Shown here: positions 12,236-26,522 of the stretch, piece by piece | Numbering within the stretch: position 1 is the first letter of the stretch | Layout of the letters: every line of letters begins with the position of its first letter | Assembly: GCA_951406725.2 (NCBI GenBank) | Contig: OX597814.1 | Location: forward strand, 42,594,001-42,658,000 | Reading direction: 5' to 3' | Length of the DNA: 64,000 nucleotides | Source: Octopus vulgaris | Taxonomy: Eukaryota | Notes under the pieces: model-generated | What the model was told of the DNA's origin: nothing | Seen by the model: only the letters and a program-made list of their open reading frames with translations | The model's database searches: none | Made by a program: the position numbers and the translations under genes

Positions 12236-14089
12236 TATCGTCGTTGTTATTAGTGGCAAAGGTAGTAGAAATAGTAGATGTATTAGTTTTTTTTTGTGGA
12301 TGTAGCATGAGGAGTATTATTAGAAGCAGCAGATGCTGCTGCACGAGAATTGTTTTAAAGTTATTTTATATTTTCCATTTGTATTGATTCAATTTAATTT
12401 AACTTTCTGACATTACACTTTGCAATTAAATCGGTGTGTATTCATGACTCAATTAGCAATGTATAGCTAAAATCGATGTTTGCTTTGTATAGCACTCAGT
12501 AGAGATTGTCACCTTCCTTGCAATCCAATCCAAGTCATTTTATTTAGCCAAATCCTATTCATTTCTCCCTTGCGATCGGATGAGTAACACTGCACTTTGT
12601 GATGAAATTATTGATTGCCTATAAATAATTATATTGTTTTATCGATGTACATTAATGTGTGTATAGCTTATCTTGGCCATTAAAGATTATTTTCGCGTTT
12701 TTCATTTTGTCACCCACTGTATAGAAAAACAGATTCTATACATAAAAGCTTACATATATAACCATATACCATCAAATATATGCTGGTGTGACCATATTAT
12801 TTCCATTAAAACCTTCCTTACAAGCAATTTTGCGTATTAAGTTGCATATAAGCGAGCATATGTATGCACGTTTGTATGTATGTATATATGTTTCTATGTG
12901 TATATATATATATGCGTGTGTGTATATATATACACACACATACACATATATAATTATATATATATATAGATAATCATAAACTTGCATATGTATGTGCGTA
13001 TACGTATATTTGTATATGTGCTTATATATTCATATATACACACACACACACACACGCACATATATATATATATATATTCACATAAACGCATACATATATG
13101 AATACATGCATATAAAAATAAAAATCCACACTAATTTATACACATATATATTAGTGTAGGCATCTATATATCTATACATATAGATAAATATATATAACAA
13201 CGTATAAAATAAAATATGATAAAAAACATTATCTGATTAAATATTTAGCTTTTGATACCTCTCTCTCATTCTCTCCAAGTATCTGTCTTTCTCTCTTACT
13301 TTATCTACATACACACATATATATATACATTATAGATATATGTATGTGCATATGTGTGTATGTGTGTATGTATATATGTGTGTTTGTGTGTGTAAGTATA
13401 TATGTGTGTTTGTGTGTGTGTGTTTCATTGCATGTGTCCCACTGCGCTACTATTAAAACTGTTCAGTGGTAAATTGGCACTAGATTTTGTTCTAGAATAT
13501 CAGTGTTCTATAGAGAATCGTGAATTTATTTTACCACTTTCTAATCATTCTTTAAATGGGCTAAATATGTTTGTTTATTTCTATATATCAGGACCCAAAA
13601 TGGGTACCAAATAAAATATTTGTATTATTTCTTTATGCATTTCAGCTTCGATAAAGTTTCATTTCAATATAAGCAAATTATATCTTTTTCAGCAGTCAAC
13701 AAAATGTTGACCACTTTAGTTCGTCAAATGAGTATTCGATCCCTTCATTAAGAATGTTTCGGAGAATTAGTAGATTAAGGAATAAGAATGAATAGTCATC
13801 TAGATCGTTTTGAATGTGTTATGATTTATGTTTCTCTTCACTTTTAATTTGAAAAATATCTGGGAAATAGTAATTATACGGTGAATGTTGATGAAAATAT
13901 CACAATTGAAACGTTTACACTCTATATTTATAATAAATTCAGTACTTTCATTTTTTTATTCTTTTACTTGTTTCAGTCATTTGACTGTGGCCATGCTGGA
14001 TCACCACTTTTGTACATTAACATAGAATTAGCTTAACATAGAATTACATGTAGAAGCCATGACGGAACTGTCGAGAAAACCGCTTTACT

Positions 14090-14640
14090 CGGTGTAGAGG
14101 AATAAAAACTGCACCTTCTCGATGTTATTCCAAGTTTGATTATTATTGTTTCGTTTCTTTCGTGGTCAAATATTGCAATATCAGGTTTTCCTTTTCTATA
14201 TGATTTGGTGTTATTATTGGGCTATCTACTAAAATCTTAAACTTTTCACTTGATAACTTTTCTATTTGCAAGTCTCTGATTTTCTGGTTTTTGTTGTTAT
14301 ATTGCTCTTGTAGGTTTGCAAAGATTATCTTGGTTATCTCATCGTGTCTCTTTTTATATTTCGTTAGTGATATTTTTCCACATTGTATTGCCATACGTTC
14401 GATATCTCCTTAGTTAAATTACAATATCTGCATGGCTTTTTTCTTCCATAGTATTTGTTTCTGTCTTGTAAATACCGTATAATATGTTTATCCATCATTG
14501 AGAATTTTTATGAATTGTTCTATAAATTTCAATGACTCTCTTTTTGAGACCGCTTCCTCATTCAGGTGTTTAAAGTATCCACCGTGCAGTTCTTTGTGTG
14601 ACTGTTCCTTATTATATTTTCACCCTCGTATTTTTTCATT
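14090..14640 (-). mobile_element. Decayed RLE non-LTR retrotransposon fragment (divergent family)
   Basis: LHGGYFKHLNE, QCGKISLTKYKKRHDEITKII (RHD motif), KILVDSPIIT. Confidence 0.65.
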
Positions 14641-14727
14641 CATTATTGATATTATGCATTCTTTATTTCCCTAATATCGTAGCCCATACAACAACAACAA
14701 CAATAACAACAACAACAACGATGATGG

Positions 14728-14758
<31 letters not shown>

Positions 14759-14762
14759 ATCC

Positions 14763-15310
14763 CATACTCTGGTATATGCCAATACACACGGATTGAGAAA
14801 TTAAGGCTAATATGCCAGATAGAGTTGTCAGAGATCATGAAGTAAAAAATATTTTCCAATTGATGTATCAATACCAGCAGATGACAACGATGCAGTGCGA
14901 CCATGAGATAGAAAATAGGAGGCCAGACATAGTCTGAAGTGAGAAACAAAGAAAACTATGCTGGATCATATGTATAACATGCCCAGCTGACAAGGTATGC
15001 GATAAGGAAGAAAGAAAAATCGATAGATATGACAGGTCACCTTATGGGGTTAAGCAGATGTTGTCGATGAAAACGGTGGTCGTTCTACCAATAACTGTCG
15101 GAGCCCTAGGAACAGCGAGTAAAAATCTTGAGAAGTACGTGGAACAAATAGGGGCTGCAATGAGGGTGCAATACTTGCAGAAAACAGCACTGCTTGGAAC
15201 CGCTTCGATACGCCGGAAGGTGCTCGAAAAATAAAGGATGTTACCTTAGTTCACTTGTAGTGAACAGCTGACTACGTAGTACATCTACAGCGTTAGAAGC
15301 TATGCGAAGA
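14763..15310 (+). mobile_element. Chimeric RLE retrotransposon 3' fragment (family A piece joined to family C piece) ending in (TAA)n
   Basis: 14763-14889 matches ~37270-37397. 14890-15234 reads QCDHEIENRRPDIV...LPITVGALGTASKNLEKY...LQKTALLGTASIRRKVLEK*. (TAA)n follows at ~15322-15400. Confidence 0.85.
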
Positions 15311-15321
15311 TAATAGTGATG

Positions 15322-15401
<80 letters not shown>

Positions 15402-15402
<1 letters not shown>

Positions 15403-15880
15403 TAGGCTACTATACCCCGTCTCTGACTTCTCACTAGACAGTATTGCTCCATTCTTAACAATAATCCCTACAATGCACTCTTTTCTACTGCCGCCCTGAG
15501 ACAAATTTACCCCCCACAAACCCGTTGCAGAAGGTCAACATAATATACAAATGCACCGTTCTCAACATGCTAAACAATTCTACAATCATATGTATATAGG
15601 ATCAACTATAAATTTTAAACAACGATACGTTGCACATCTCAATTCTTTTAGATATAAGAATCACAGTAAATACACAACACTCGCCAGTCATATACATCAT
15701 CTGGAATATAGGAATGTTCCATAAAACATAAGATGGTTCTTAACAGATACAGGCTTTCCATACCAGAATCAGCGCTCAGACTTTAAGCTATGCCTAATAG
15801 AGGCATTCCAGATATGAAAGCACAATTTTAAAATACTGTTAAATAAATATAATGAGGGCCTAAGCTTTCTACAAATTAAA
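15402..15880 (+). mobile_element. Penelope-like GIY-YIG endonuclease remnant
   Basis: NIIYKCTV...YIGSTINFKQRYVAHLNSFRY...TTLASHI...IRW...KLCLIEAFQI, with stops. Confidence 0.75.
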
Positions 15881-16065
15881 ATCTTTTTCAAATTTTACCA
15901 CAGTTCTAAAAGAAAGCTAAATCACAACACAGTACGTTTAGCGAACACACCTTGGATAATCCCGAAGAATCTGATTTGACTTTGCAACGTCTTAACTTTT
16001 ATCTTTTCAATTTTAAATAGTAATATTTTTAGTTGTCTCATAACACATATAGAAACATATACGTG

Positions 16066-16161
<96 letters not shown>

Positions 16162-16458
16162 CAAAATGGGACAAGAACGCAAAACATTCAAATAGACGAC
16201 ACAAAAAACACGGATGGGTCATTCGAAGCCTCTAATCTTCCGTCAAGAACCGGATCTTCCTCGCAATTTCGTCTGATTAATCTTGAGATTGCTCCAATCT
16301 GGCCAGCCCCCCCCCCCCCCCAAAAAAAAAAAAAACTAAGCTACGAGCATTAGATTTCTTGGAAAAAGGATCGAATGTATACGAAAAAAGGACAGAAAAA
16401 CGGACGATGTTACACGAATATAAATATGAAAAAATAATACGAATATATATACAAAATC

Positions 16459-16492
<34 letters not shown>

Positions 16493-16734
16493 GGACATAA
16501 CAACAGGCGTCTTTCGACCAGAGACGTTTTGGGAAATAAGGTCTTCCGGCAGACGAAGAATGCGGTATTATCGTGACGGTGGTCGGAAGCGAAAGGGCTA
16601 TAGTTGGCTAGCGGTCAGATGAGAAAAGAAGAGAGAGGAAAAGAGGGGCAATGGAATTAAAGAGGGGAGAAGAGAGAGAAAAGAGGAACAAAGGTACTGA
16701 GGAGGGGGAGAAGAGAGAGAAAAAGAGGAACAAG

Positions 16735-18150
16735 AGGCGCAAGTTGGATTTTGGCGTTGAAGGGGCGGAAGGGGGTGTGCAGATCAAATATTTGTAGTAA
16801 GGCAGAGTAATTTTTGGCAAAAGGGAGGCAGGTGTATTGGGGCTTTGTGGACCTAGCGAAGGCATATGACCGGGTAGATAGGGACGCAATGTGGGAGGAT
16901 TTGCGTTGTATAGCGAAGGTGGTAGATTGTTTAGAGCTGTTCCAAGTTTTTATAGAGATAGTTGCGCATGCGTTAGGGTGTGTGGTGAAGTAAGTGAGTA
17001 CTTTGATTTGAAGGTGGATTTAAGACAGGATTGTGTAATGTTTCCCTGGTTGTTTAATTAAATATATGGCTGGTGTTGCGAGAGATATAAATGCTAGAAG
17101 CCTTGGTAGCGGAGCTGAAATGGTGGGAGAAAATGGAGAGGAATGGAAGTTGAGTCAGCTGTTGTTTGCTGATGATAGAGTACTGAGGGGGGGGATTCGG
17201 AAGAGCAACTGAGGGGACTCTGGTAGAGTATGGAAGGGTGTGAGAGAGAAGGAAAATGAAAGTGAATGTAGCTAAGAGTAAGCTACATTCGAGAGATAGA
17301 ATGGTTGGTAGGATGGATGTGAGCATAAATGGTGAGATGTTAGAGGAGGTGAGTGATTTTAAGTATCTGGGATCACATGTGTCAGCGGATAGTGTTGGCC
17401 GAGGAGGTTGTATTCAACGTGAGGGAAGGGGAGTAAGATAGTTGGTGTTGTGAAAGGTATGCTGAGAGATAAAAGGTTGAGTGTGAAAGGGAAAAGAAAA
17501 GAGATGTATATCAGGGCGGTATTGTGCAGACAGTGTTCTATGGTGCAGAGACTTGGGAACAGAGAGAGGCGGAAAGAAGGCGACTAGATGTGTTTGAGAT
17601 GAGATTCCTGAGGGCTATGGTTGGTGAGACACGGATGGTCAGAAAGAAGAATGAAGAAGTGCGTAAGGGATCAGGTATGAGAGAAAAACTTACAACCAAA
17701 TTGGATAGACGAATGTTGAAGTGGTTTGGCCACATGGGTAGGATATATAAGGAGCGGATGGTAAGGCGGGTGATGAAGGCTGACGTAGTAGGCAGCAGAG
17801 CCAGAGGTAGAATTCGGTTTGTATAGATGGAGGGAGTGAGGAAAGGTTTGGTGGTTAGAGGTGTTGGAGTGAGAGAGGCAAATGAGTTTATAAATGATAG
17901 GAAAGCTTGCAGAGTGTTTGTGGACAGATGAGTGAATTTCATGTTGTTTTAAGGGGTACGGAACCAGCATGATGCGGCGGGTGTAAACCAACATATGCCA
18001 ACCGGTCACGCTGCTGATATTCGGAGTTGCATTCTATGTCATGACGCGAGAATAGGAAGGGACTCATCACTTTGATCTAGGAAACGAATGGAATGCCTGG
18101 TGTGTCTTGCTGTGGCTAATCCCTCTTAAAAATGGGAAATAAGCCAGGGC
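16735..18150 (+). mobile_element. Decayed RTE-clade LINE (RT domain to 3' UTR)
   Basis: GRGCADQIFVVRQ, FVDLAKAYDRVDR, LRQDCVMFPWLFN, LLFADD, FKYLGS, YGAETW and LKWFGHM motifs, with frameshifts. Confidence 0.9.
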
Positions 18151-18268
18151 ATATGAATATGGACTTTTATTCTCTTATTTCCTTTTATAATTCTTTTATC
18201 TCGCCCTTTCCTAAATAACTTCTTATATTCAACTATACTATTGACCTCTATCTAGCTATCTGATATCG

Positions 18269-18314
18269 TCTCTGTTGAAAAGATATCACTCATATCCATG
18301 AAACAGCTGCAAGA
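18269..18314 (+). ncRNA. Degenerate hammerhead-like motif
   Basis: TCT-CTGTTGA-..GATAT/ATATC..-GAAA-CAGCTG-CA-AGA. Two core positions are mutated. Confidence 0.4.
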
Positions 18315-18587
18315 TTATCTTTCTCTTTATAAATGTCTTAGAAATTCCCCACTGCTTTGGCTTTGTCATCTCGTTTTATGTAACATAAAGATGGTCACGC
18401 GCAAGCCGCATTAGACTCCCCACTCATGCTATTATTGAACTGAGAGTCTAACTACGGTTCTTCCGTAGGACTTACATATTCTTTCTGCCATTTTGCGGCT
18501 CCTGGATACCAAAACTTCTCATAAATCAGTATCTTTGTGTGTGTATGTACATACACACACACACACACACGCACGCACACACACACG

Positions 18588-18651
<64 letters not shown>

Positions 18652-20420
18652 CGTATGTGTATATACATGTGTGTTTCTGTGTGTGTCTGTGTCTATGTGT
18701 AGACGTGTATATACACGCATAGTTTAACAAACATTTGTGCAGAAGAGGTCGTGTATTGGAAAACCCTAAATACACATTATATTGTTAAACTACTGTTTTA
18801 GACCTTTGCTGTGAAATTTGAAACAGATGTAAATGAATTATGTTATCTTATCGATTTATTTTTGTTCGTTTTTTTCACATAATGAATCATCGAGGATAAT
18901 TTCATGGCATGCTTTATGTGTCATTGATTATTCATCAGTGAAGCAGCACACCCTTATGCTTCCACTACTGTCACAACTCACAGCAATCAATGGTTAAATT
19001 AAACACGAGTCAGAAGTCTAGCTGTGGCGTTTAAACAATTATACAAGCCATACTATGTTCGAAGAGCGATTAAATAATTAAGGTATATTGATGTACAAAA
19101 CTGCTTGTTCAGGATTGTGATTGATTTAATTATAGTTCCTATAAATTCTATTTGCCGGAATATACTTACGTTCCCACTCGCAAGCACAGTTAACGCACGC
19201 ATATACCTGCGCTCACATACACATGAGTATATATGTATTTAAAAGTATGTGTGTGTGAAGATATGACACAGATATATGCATATATACATGTATATTTATT
19301 TGTGTGTGTATATATATATTTCGGTGCGCGTATTTACACACACTCACATATATATACATACATACATATACGTATATATGTATAATTTGCTGTAAATGTA
19401 CTTCTACTTGTTAGGATGTGTAAACATTATTCTATTCTTTAAATATGTTAGAATTGAAAAATTTCATGATTACCATTATTAGAATGTTATCAATTAAATA
19501 AAATAAATAATCACACTGAGTGTTATCTATAAGCAAATACTGGTGACATATTAAAAAAAAAACTGTAATAATTTTTGCAGCATTGTTTGAAATTATAGTG
19601 GATCGTTGTGAAGAATTACGTTTGAAACACACTGAAAGGCAAAATTAGGAATTAATTCTTGACAATGAAGAGCAGTTAGAATCAAATAGATCAAATGTGT
19701 ATAACTGCTTCAAAATTTGCAAGATAAAATGTCAACAAAATCTAGAGGGAGATAATCATGCAAGTATAGTTATGAATATCCCCTTTCGACCTATCCTGCT
19801 ACTGTCCCTTATGGTCGGGACTCCTTTCAACACTTTGTGTTGCATCAATTTTACACTCTGGGTCTCTTCACATACACCTATACATAAAGGTCTGTATCTC
19901 ACTAAAGATCCTCGGTGATATAATCGTACCACTTCAGTCTAGAGGCGAGCGTGACGATAGACTACACATGAGGTTCTCTTCCAACCGTTAATTATACCAA
20001 CTACGGTCGAGAGTGAGTGGACGGGCTGGTAACCAACGTCCCCTGTGTGTGTGTGCATGCAGGAGCGAAAGTGTGTGTGTATGTGTGTACACGCATCCTG
20101 ATCTAACCTAGTTAGATAAACAACTTTTCAACCCTAGATATTACAGCCTCCATACGTATATATATATATATATATATATCTGTCCCTTTCGTCTTCTAAC
20201 ACCATTTCTCTGTCTTACACACAATGTAATTCGATCCTCGGTTACCTATCAATCAATTTTCGCTACGAACTTCTCTTTTTAAACGAGGAGCAACTCTTGT
20301 TGAAAAACGTTAATAGTAATAGAATATTGTAGAGATGCCTCATTCCCTAAGCAGACGGGCGTATAAAAACATGACAGCCAAGTCTAAGGATCTTTAGCGA
20401 AGCACAAACCTTTATATATA

Positions 20421-20512
20421 GCTACACCTCATGAGACCCAGAGTGCAAAATTGATGCATCACAAGGAGTTGATAGGAGTCAGTTGCAGGATGGGTCGAAA
20501 TGACCGTTGTAC
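20421..20512 (+). ncRNA. Degenerate hammerhead-like motif
   Basis: CTCATGA-GACCC...GGGTC-GAAA: perfect 5-bp stem II, but G5 is mutated. Confidence 0.45.
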
Positions 20513-20557
20513 AATAGAAAAGATGAATACCAATTCTATCTTCTCGTTACTTAAGCA

Positions 20558-20657
<100 letters not shown>

Positions 20658-22924
20658 TGTATACATACATGTATGTATATAAAAGTAATTATACGTAAAT
20701 ATATAAGTCTATAGATATAGATCGATATAGATATGCAGCCGGGGATATAGGAAATCCATTAAGAACACAAAGAAAATAAATATCACATATTGCCATCGTC
20801 CATTTCCTCTGTGAATGAAAACTCAACTAAATCATTACAAAATTCATAAGAATATTGCTTACACCAACATAAATCTAGAGAATATTTCATACAGCTACTA
20901 TTACCCATTCGTAGTGTACACACTACTACTCTTAATTCTGCAAGTAACATTGAAGTCTCTATTTTCTCTTTGCTTAAGTCTGCTTTTAATAATTATTGTG
21001 AAGATTATCTTGCATTAAAAATAATGGTAGCAAAATTTCTACTAATTATTCTGGAAATTACCTTAATTATATGGAGATGATAGATTCTAGTTCTTTACAT
21101 TTAATGCTTGTTTTATTCACATAATGATCAAAAGAACAATGCAGTTTTCGCTTTTCATAATGTAAATGTCAAATAATAAAATTCACTTGCTAGATCCATC
21201 GAATTACCTGCTTGTTGAAATAGCTTATAAGTGGCTGAATATTCCACAGGATCGAGTACTTTTAATACCATTCAGTATGATATACTCTGTGACAAGGTTA
21301 TGCGCTTCGGTTGGAGGGAAAAGTCATCTAGTAGGTTTTCATAAACTTTTAGTGCACAAATTGTCTCTTAGAATTTGTGGGTCAGCTACAATGGGATAAA
21401 AGTCTATGTTTATAGGACACCAACCCGGCTTTACTGCTATAATGTCCAACTTGGAATGCATCAGTATTGAAGCTTTATACGTGCATACATATAAACACAC
21501 GTATACAAGTAATATTACTTTCATATTCACTGATCTCGACGATCAATGACTATAATCTTCTGTTAAGTCAGGTGAAAAATGAAATTAATCATCTTACAGT
21601 AACTTGAAAGTCTTAGAGCAAACTCTGTGTGTGTCACATTTGCTGGATATATCGGGCATTGTGTCAGCAAAACTTAGCATGCTATATTTCTCAGGAGAAG
21701 GGAATGTCCCAATGGAAATGTTAATGGGACGACCCGTTGAAGACGATCATACTCGGTAACGTAACTTGTTTTGTTTAGAAACATTTTAAGTCTCGAACAG
21801 TCGCCGATACCGAGCTGAATTAAAACGATTTTGAGGAAACCATTCATTGTTGATATGTCACGATATACAGGAGAAAGTTTTGTAGGCGTAGTAGTAGTAG
21901 CAGGTTCTTGAATTTTTATTTTATTTAAGGTAATCAGTTCATTTCTTATGAAGATTGGCAAAACAGAAGAGACAGTCCATTAATTATGCAGTGCGTTGAA
22001 CGGAAAACTTCAAAGTTAGTCCATTATCAGAACGGTAAATATATGCGAAAAGTGAATGTGGTTTAGCTAATCGATTCATGTTAATTATTGCTTGAAGTCG
22101 TGAATATATTTAGCTACGTTCAAACGTTATTTTTTAGCATCAAATCATTTCCAAACGTTTAATTCTAATCTGATAAATTTGAAAGTATTTAGGAAGATAC
22201 CTTAGGAGATACATAATAATAATCAGTGTAAGATTATTTTACATGTTATCCCAAAGGAGCGTGAAATATTTGCACAAAATTAATTCCGAATATAGCTGAA
22301 GAACAGTTTTCTGCATTGATAAGAAAAGTAATTTCCTACACATGCATAAACTTTGAATCCTGAATTCAGATTCAAACATTAAACTTAACGATTTAATTGC
22401 GGTTAAATGACTCTTTAAATACATTTTTCATTGCATCTTATTAAAAGGCTGAATATTTCTATTTAAATTGTACTGAATTATTTTCCGTCTAAAATACTGA
22501 AGCATTCAGTCGTTTTATAAAAATGATCATGCTACATACATAACGCTAGTTAAACTCCTTGCGTTTGTGTATTTTCCCGTAAATTAAACTGGATTTACAT
22601 GTACATGTCCATAAGTAAATGCAGTAAGATGAGCAATGAATACAAAAATTAGGAGACGGTGGAATTGGAATACGATTAAAGTACAAAAGAATATCTAACA
22701 AATCAGTAAACGTCTTGAAATACATAACAATTTACGAGATTTATTATTCTCTTTACAATGCCTTTATTTCGTTAAGTGTATGTTGGTTTTCATGTTGATG
22801 GGTACTGCAAGTAGGATGCCGTTTTTCAACTATTTTAAGAGCAAAGATAAAACCGATTTCGAAGTTTCCGCTTGCTGGCGTTCGTCGCCTTCTTCTACAA
22901 ATACAACGCATTCTTTTTCCCTTC

Positions 22925-23019
<95 letters not shown>

Positions 23020-23077
23020 TGTATGTGTGTGTGTGTGTGTGCTTGTGTATATGAGTGTATGTATGTATGCATGTATA

Positions 23078-24292
23078 TACAAGGGGGAACCCAAAAGAAA
23101 CTGAAATATTGGAATATTATATTATTTACTTAACATTACATGTTTACACATTTAACGCTTTCAAAGTATTCTCCAATTTGAAGGAGTGCTGGAACTCGTG
23201 CGAAATGATGCCTTTTAACCCTACCATTGTTTTGTTTTTCTTGGTTCAAATTTTCTACATCATCAAGACGTTATCTTTCAGGGATATTTTTCATTCCGTG
23301 GATCAAAATAAAGTCGTAGAAAGCAACATCAGGTGAATAAAGAGTGTGGGTAAATGGGGGGGGGGTATCCGTTTCTTTATTACCCACAAGGGGCTAAACA
23401 TAGAGGGGACAAACAAGGACAGACAAACGGATGAAGTCGACTACATCGACCCCAGTGCGTAACTGGTACTTAATTTATCGACCCCGAAAGGATGAAAGGC
23501 AAAGTGGACCTGGGCGGAATTTGACCTCAGAACGTAACGGCAGGCGAAATACGGCTACGCATTTCGCCCGGCGTGCTAACGAGTCTGCCAGCTCGCCGCC
23601 TTATGGGGGGGGGGCATATCAGTTTTGATCAACAAATATCTCACACCCAAGGCGATGCGCGGAGGCACATTGTCATGATGAACTTCATTCTCCACTTTGC
23701 CGCAAGTTGTGGCGTTTTCGTCTCACCACGTTTTGCAAACGCTTCATGACTACCACGTAACACGTAAAATGTCTGGTAAATATTTTTGACCAGGCGGGAC
23801 AAATTTTGTGTGGACTATTACGTTCGCAACGATGAAACAAATCAGCTTCGTCTTGAAACTGGACTCCATTTGGCACTCTTTTCTGGGGCACGGTGACACT
23901 GAAAATTTTCGTCAACGGTCGCATTGAACGAGATATGTTTTCAAGCAACAAGTGACCATTCCTGAAGCGTGGATACCATTTGTAATGTTCTGTTTTGTAC
24001 ATGGCAGCGACCTTGCGAGCTGTTTGAAGCGTGACAAATATTTCCCCAATAAAAATCAAACTTTCAAGGTAGCACATTGTTCTTTCGTTTCAGTCATCGC
24101 AAAAATCGACAAACAAGGGGAAAACAGTGCAAAACAAAGACTACTTCATGACAGTACGACCCTAGCCGTCGACACCAGTCGGCCGACTGCTGTCTGACTG
24201 TCGCATCAATTAGCTTTTAGCGACAGAAGCCTGAACTACACCGGCTTATCCCACAGAGAATGTTTCCGGCTACTTTTGTAGACCATCTCTTA
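23078..24292 (-). mobile_element. Decayed, internally deleted mariner-family transposon
   Basis: YKWYPRFRNGHLLLENISRSMRP (HTH end), HHDN and YSPDVAFYDF motifs. Degenerate TIRs at both ends with TA flanks. Confidence 0.8.
23366..23602 (-). mobile_element. Full-length tRNA-derived SINE family 1 with 12-bp TSD
   Basis: Head GGCGGCGAGCTGGCAGACTCG with A- and B-box-like motifs, central TTTGCCTTTCATCCTTTCGGGGTCGATAAA. TSD ATG(10) at 23354-23365 and 23603-23614. Confidence 0.92.
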
Positions 24293-24314
24293 TGTGTGTG
24301 TGTGTGCATGTGTG

Positions 24315-24363
<49 letters not shown>

Positions 24364-24766
24364 GCGTGTGTGTGTGAGTGTGTATACGTACATACATATA
24401 ATGAGATGAAGTAAGAGAGATAAAGCTGCAAATAAATAAATAAATCCACTTGGGTTAGATATGTAAAAATATATATATTTATGTGTTTTCTATATTAAGC
24501 ATCTCCGGCTCTCATTACGACTCACTCTATCTCACCCTCTCTCTCTTTATCTCGCTCTCTTTATCTCTCTCTCTCTCTTTCTCTCTCTATGTATACATTC
24601 CTGTGTGTGTGTGTGTGTGTACATTTCGCTTAGGCTTTTGAGATCTCATTACCTAGTGTAGAGCTAAATATAGATATGCATATGAACAAGGCGTTAATCG
24701 AGTACAGGGCAGTTATATTAATACGCAGCGTCAAAGGAATAAACGATTATCTTATGAACTGTATTA

Positions 24767-24845
24767 CCTTACAGCTATTTCTGCAATAAAATATAACGGT
24801 CTCATAGTTAGGTACCTTATAACGCCTTATAGCTTCATCCGAGCC
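24767..24845 (-). ncRNA. Degenerate hammerhead-like motif
   Basis: Minus strand CGGATGA-aGC...GCa-GAAA-TAGCTG-TA-AG. Confidence 0.4.
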
Positions 24846-25120
24846 TCACACATGCAGTTTCATTTGTAGGAAAGAATACTAATTATGCGAAGAACCTTGG
24901 ATTGCATCCCCCACATACATATAATCCTTCGCCTGTGTATGGCATAAATGTAATTGTTCGCCGAAATAACTTACACTTCATGTTTCAGTTCTAGTGAAGC
25001 TATAATGTTTTACTCAAGCTCTCACTCAGATATGAGTCCACTGCATCTTAGAGGCGAAAACAGATGTAATTTAATGACGTTCGTAAGATATTCCTGTGAC
25101 ATCCTCATTTTTATCGTAGA

Positions 25121-25512
25121 CTAGCAGTATCGCCCGGCGTTGCTCGGGTTTGTAAGGGAAATAACTATAGAATCATTTTTAGAGAGTTATAGCCAAAAAT
25201 TAGCAAAAAAATGCATTAAAAATGGAAAAAATAAAATATGGTAATTTTTTTTTTAAATTGTTGACTCATCGTAAACATTTTTAGAGAGTTATGTAATAGT
25301 GAAAAAAATGCATTAAAATGGAAAAAAAATTATGGTAATTTTTTTTTAAATCGTAGACTCATCGTAGACGCGCGCTAATACCCAGAAGGTCTCGATATGA
25401 ATCACGACTATAAGATACCCGGTTTTGGTTAAACTGCACCGCAAAATGTGGGAGTAGTTAGGAATCTAAATCGTAGGAGACAGACACACAACCTTACTTT
25501 TATATATAAAGA
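25121..25512 (-). mobile_element. Complete non-autonomous Helitron (392 bp)
   Basis: Minus strand begins A|TC and ends with hairpin CCCGAGCAACGCCGGG then CTAG|T. No TSD. Internal ~100-bp tandem duplication. Confidence 0.9.
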
Positions 25513-26472
25513 TATTTGATGGAATTCGATATATTTCAAAGTTGTATATGAATCATGTAACATGCTTAATAGTTATGACAGAGAAAGAGAATCGAATATA
25601 ATAGGAAATGTATAATAAGGTGATGGTGGATTTCTACAGCCATCCTTTTGTTTTACCAGACACGTTTGTTTAATGTGACACCTATCTCCAAAACGATTAA
25701 TTAGTTGTGCTATTTTTAATATTATAAGCATGTGATTTCTTTACCTCGTTTCTCTTATTCTCAATTGTAGACTCATAATCTCTGCTTCCCTTCAACTTTC
25801 GCCCTTTTTTCCATATGACGTGTCTGCTTCTTTAATCACATCAAGTGCAGCTAATATATCTTATTTTAATAGTCGTGGATGCCGTATCGAATGTTAAAAT
25901 AGATCTCTTACTCTACCTTCTTGCAGAAGAAAGACATTTTCATTAACGAATTTTTTAAATGCAAGTTTGTAAAAAACTCGTTTTGAACACGCTTCCTAAA
26001 TTTCGTTCTCTGCCAATTTTCACAGGCTCTCAAAAATTCAATCTCCGAGGATGTCATCAAAGCTAAATCAAACACGTTTATGAATCTTGTTAGTGATTAG
26101 CGAGACCTTATAACTTACTTGGAACAAGAAATTCTAAAAATGATGAACTTCATTCCCAGTATCTTTCTTACTTTTGTGTCTAAACTAAACTAAGAAAACC
26201 GAACTCATACATGTACCCATTGAACGGGAAATTTATGGTAAGATACAAAATCTTCTCTATGTGACCATATCTAGTGTAATGTACTATTGTTAGTATTTTC
26301 ACAGACCTGTCTCCTTGGAAGGAACCGTAATTTCCGTGAATAAACTCGAAGATTAAGAAGAATTCAATTGCGTTTAAAGTACAGGGCTATGACATTTTCC
26401 TTCAAACATCAAGAATTTATATACATATATACATGCTTATAATACATACACACACAAACACATACATGCATG

Positions 26473-26522
<50 letters not shown>

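Noticed and set aside
16160-16560. Possible PLE terminal repeat with hammerhead remnant (CGGAAGA...GAAT on the minus strand)
   Set aside because: Both core halves are mutated and the stems are weak. Similarly weak cases near 22850-22905, 48240-48270 and 51340-51375 were also not called.
19775-19835. NIPFRPIL...MVGTP resembling the PLE PLRPI motif
   Set aside because: Isolated motif with no flanking RT sequence.
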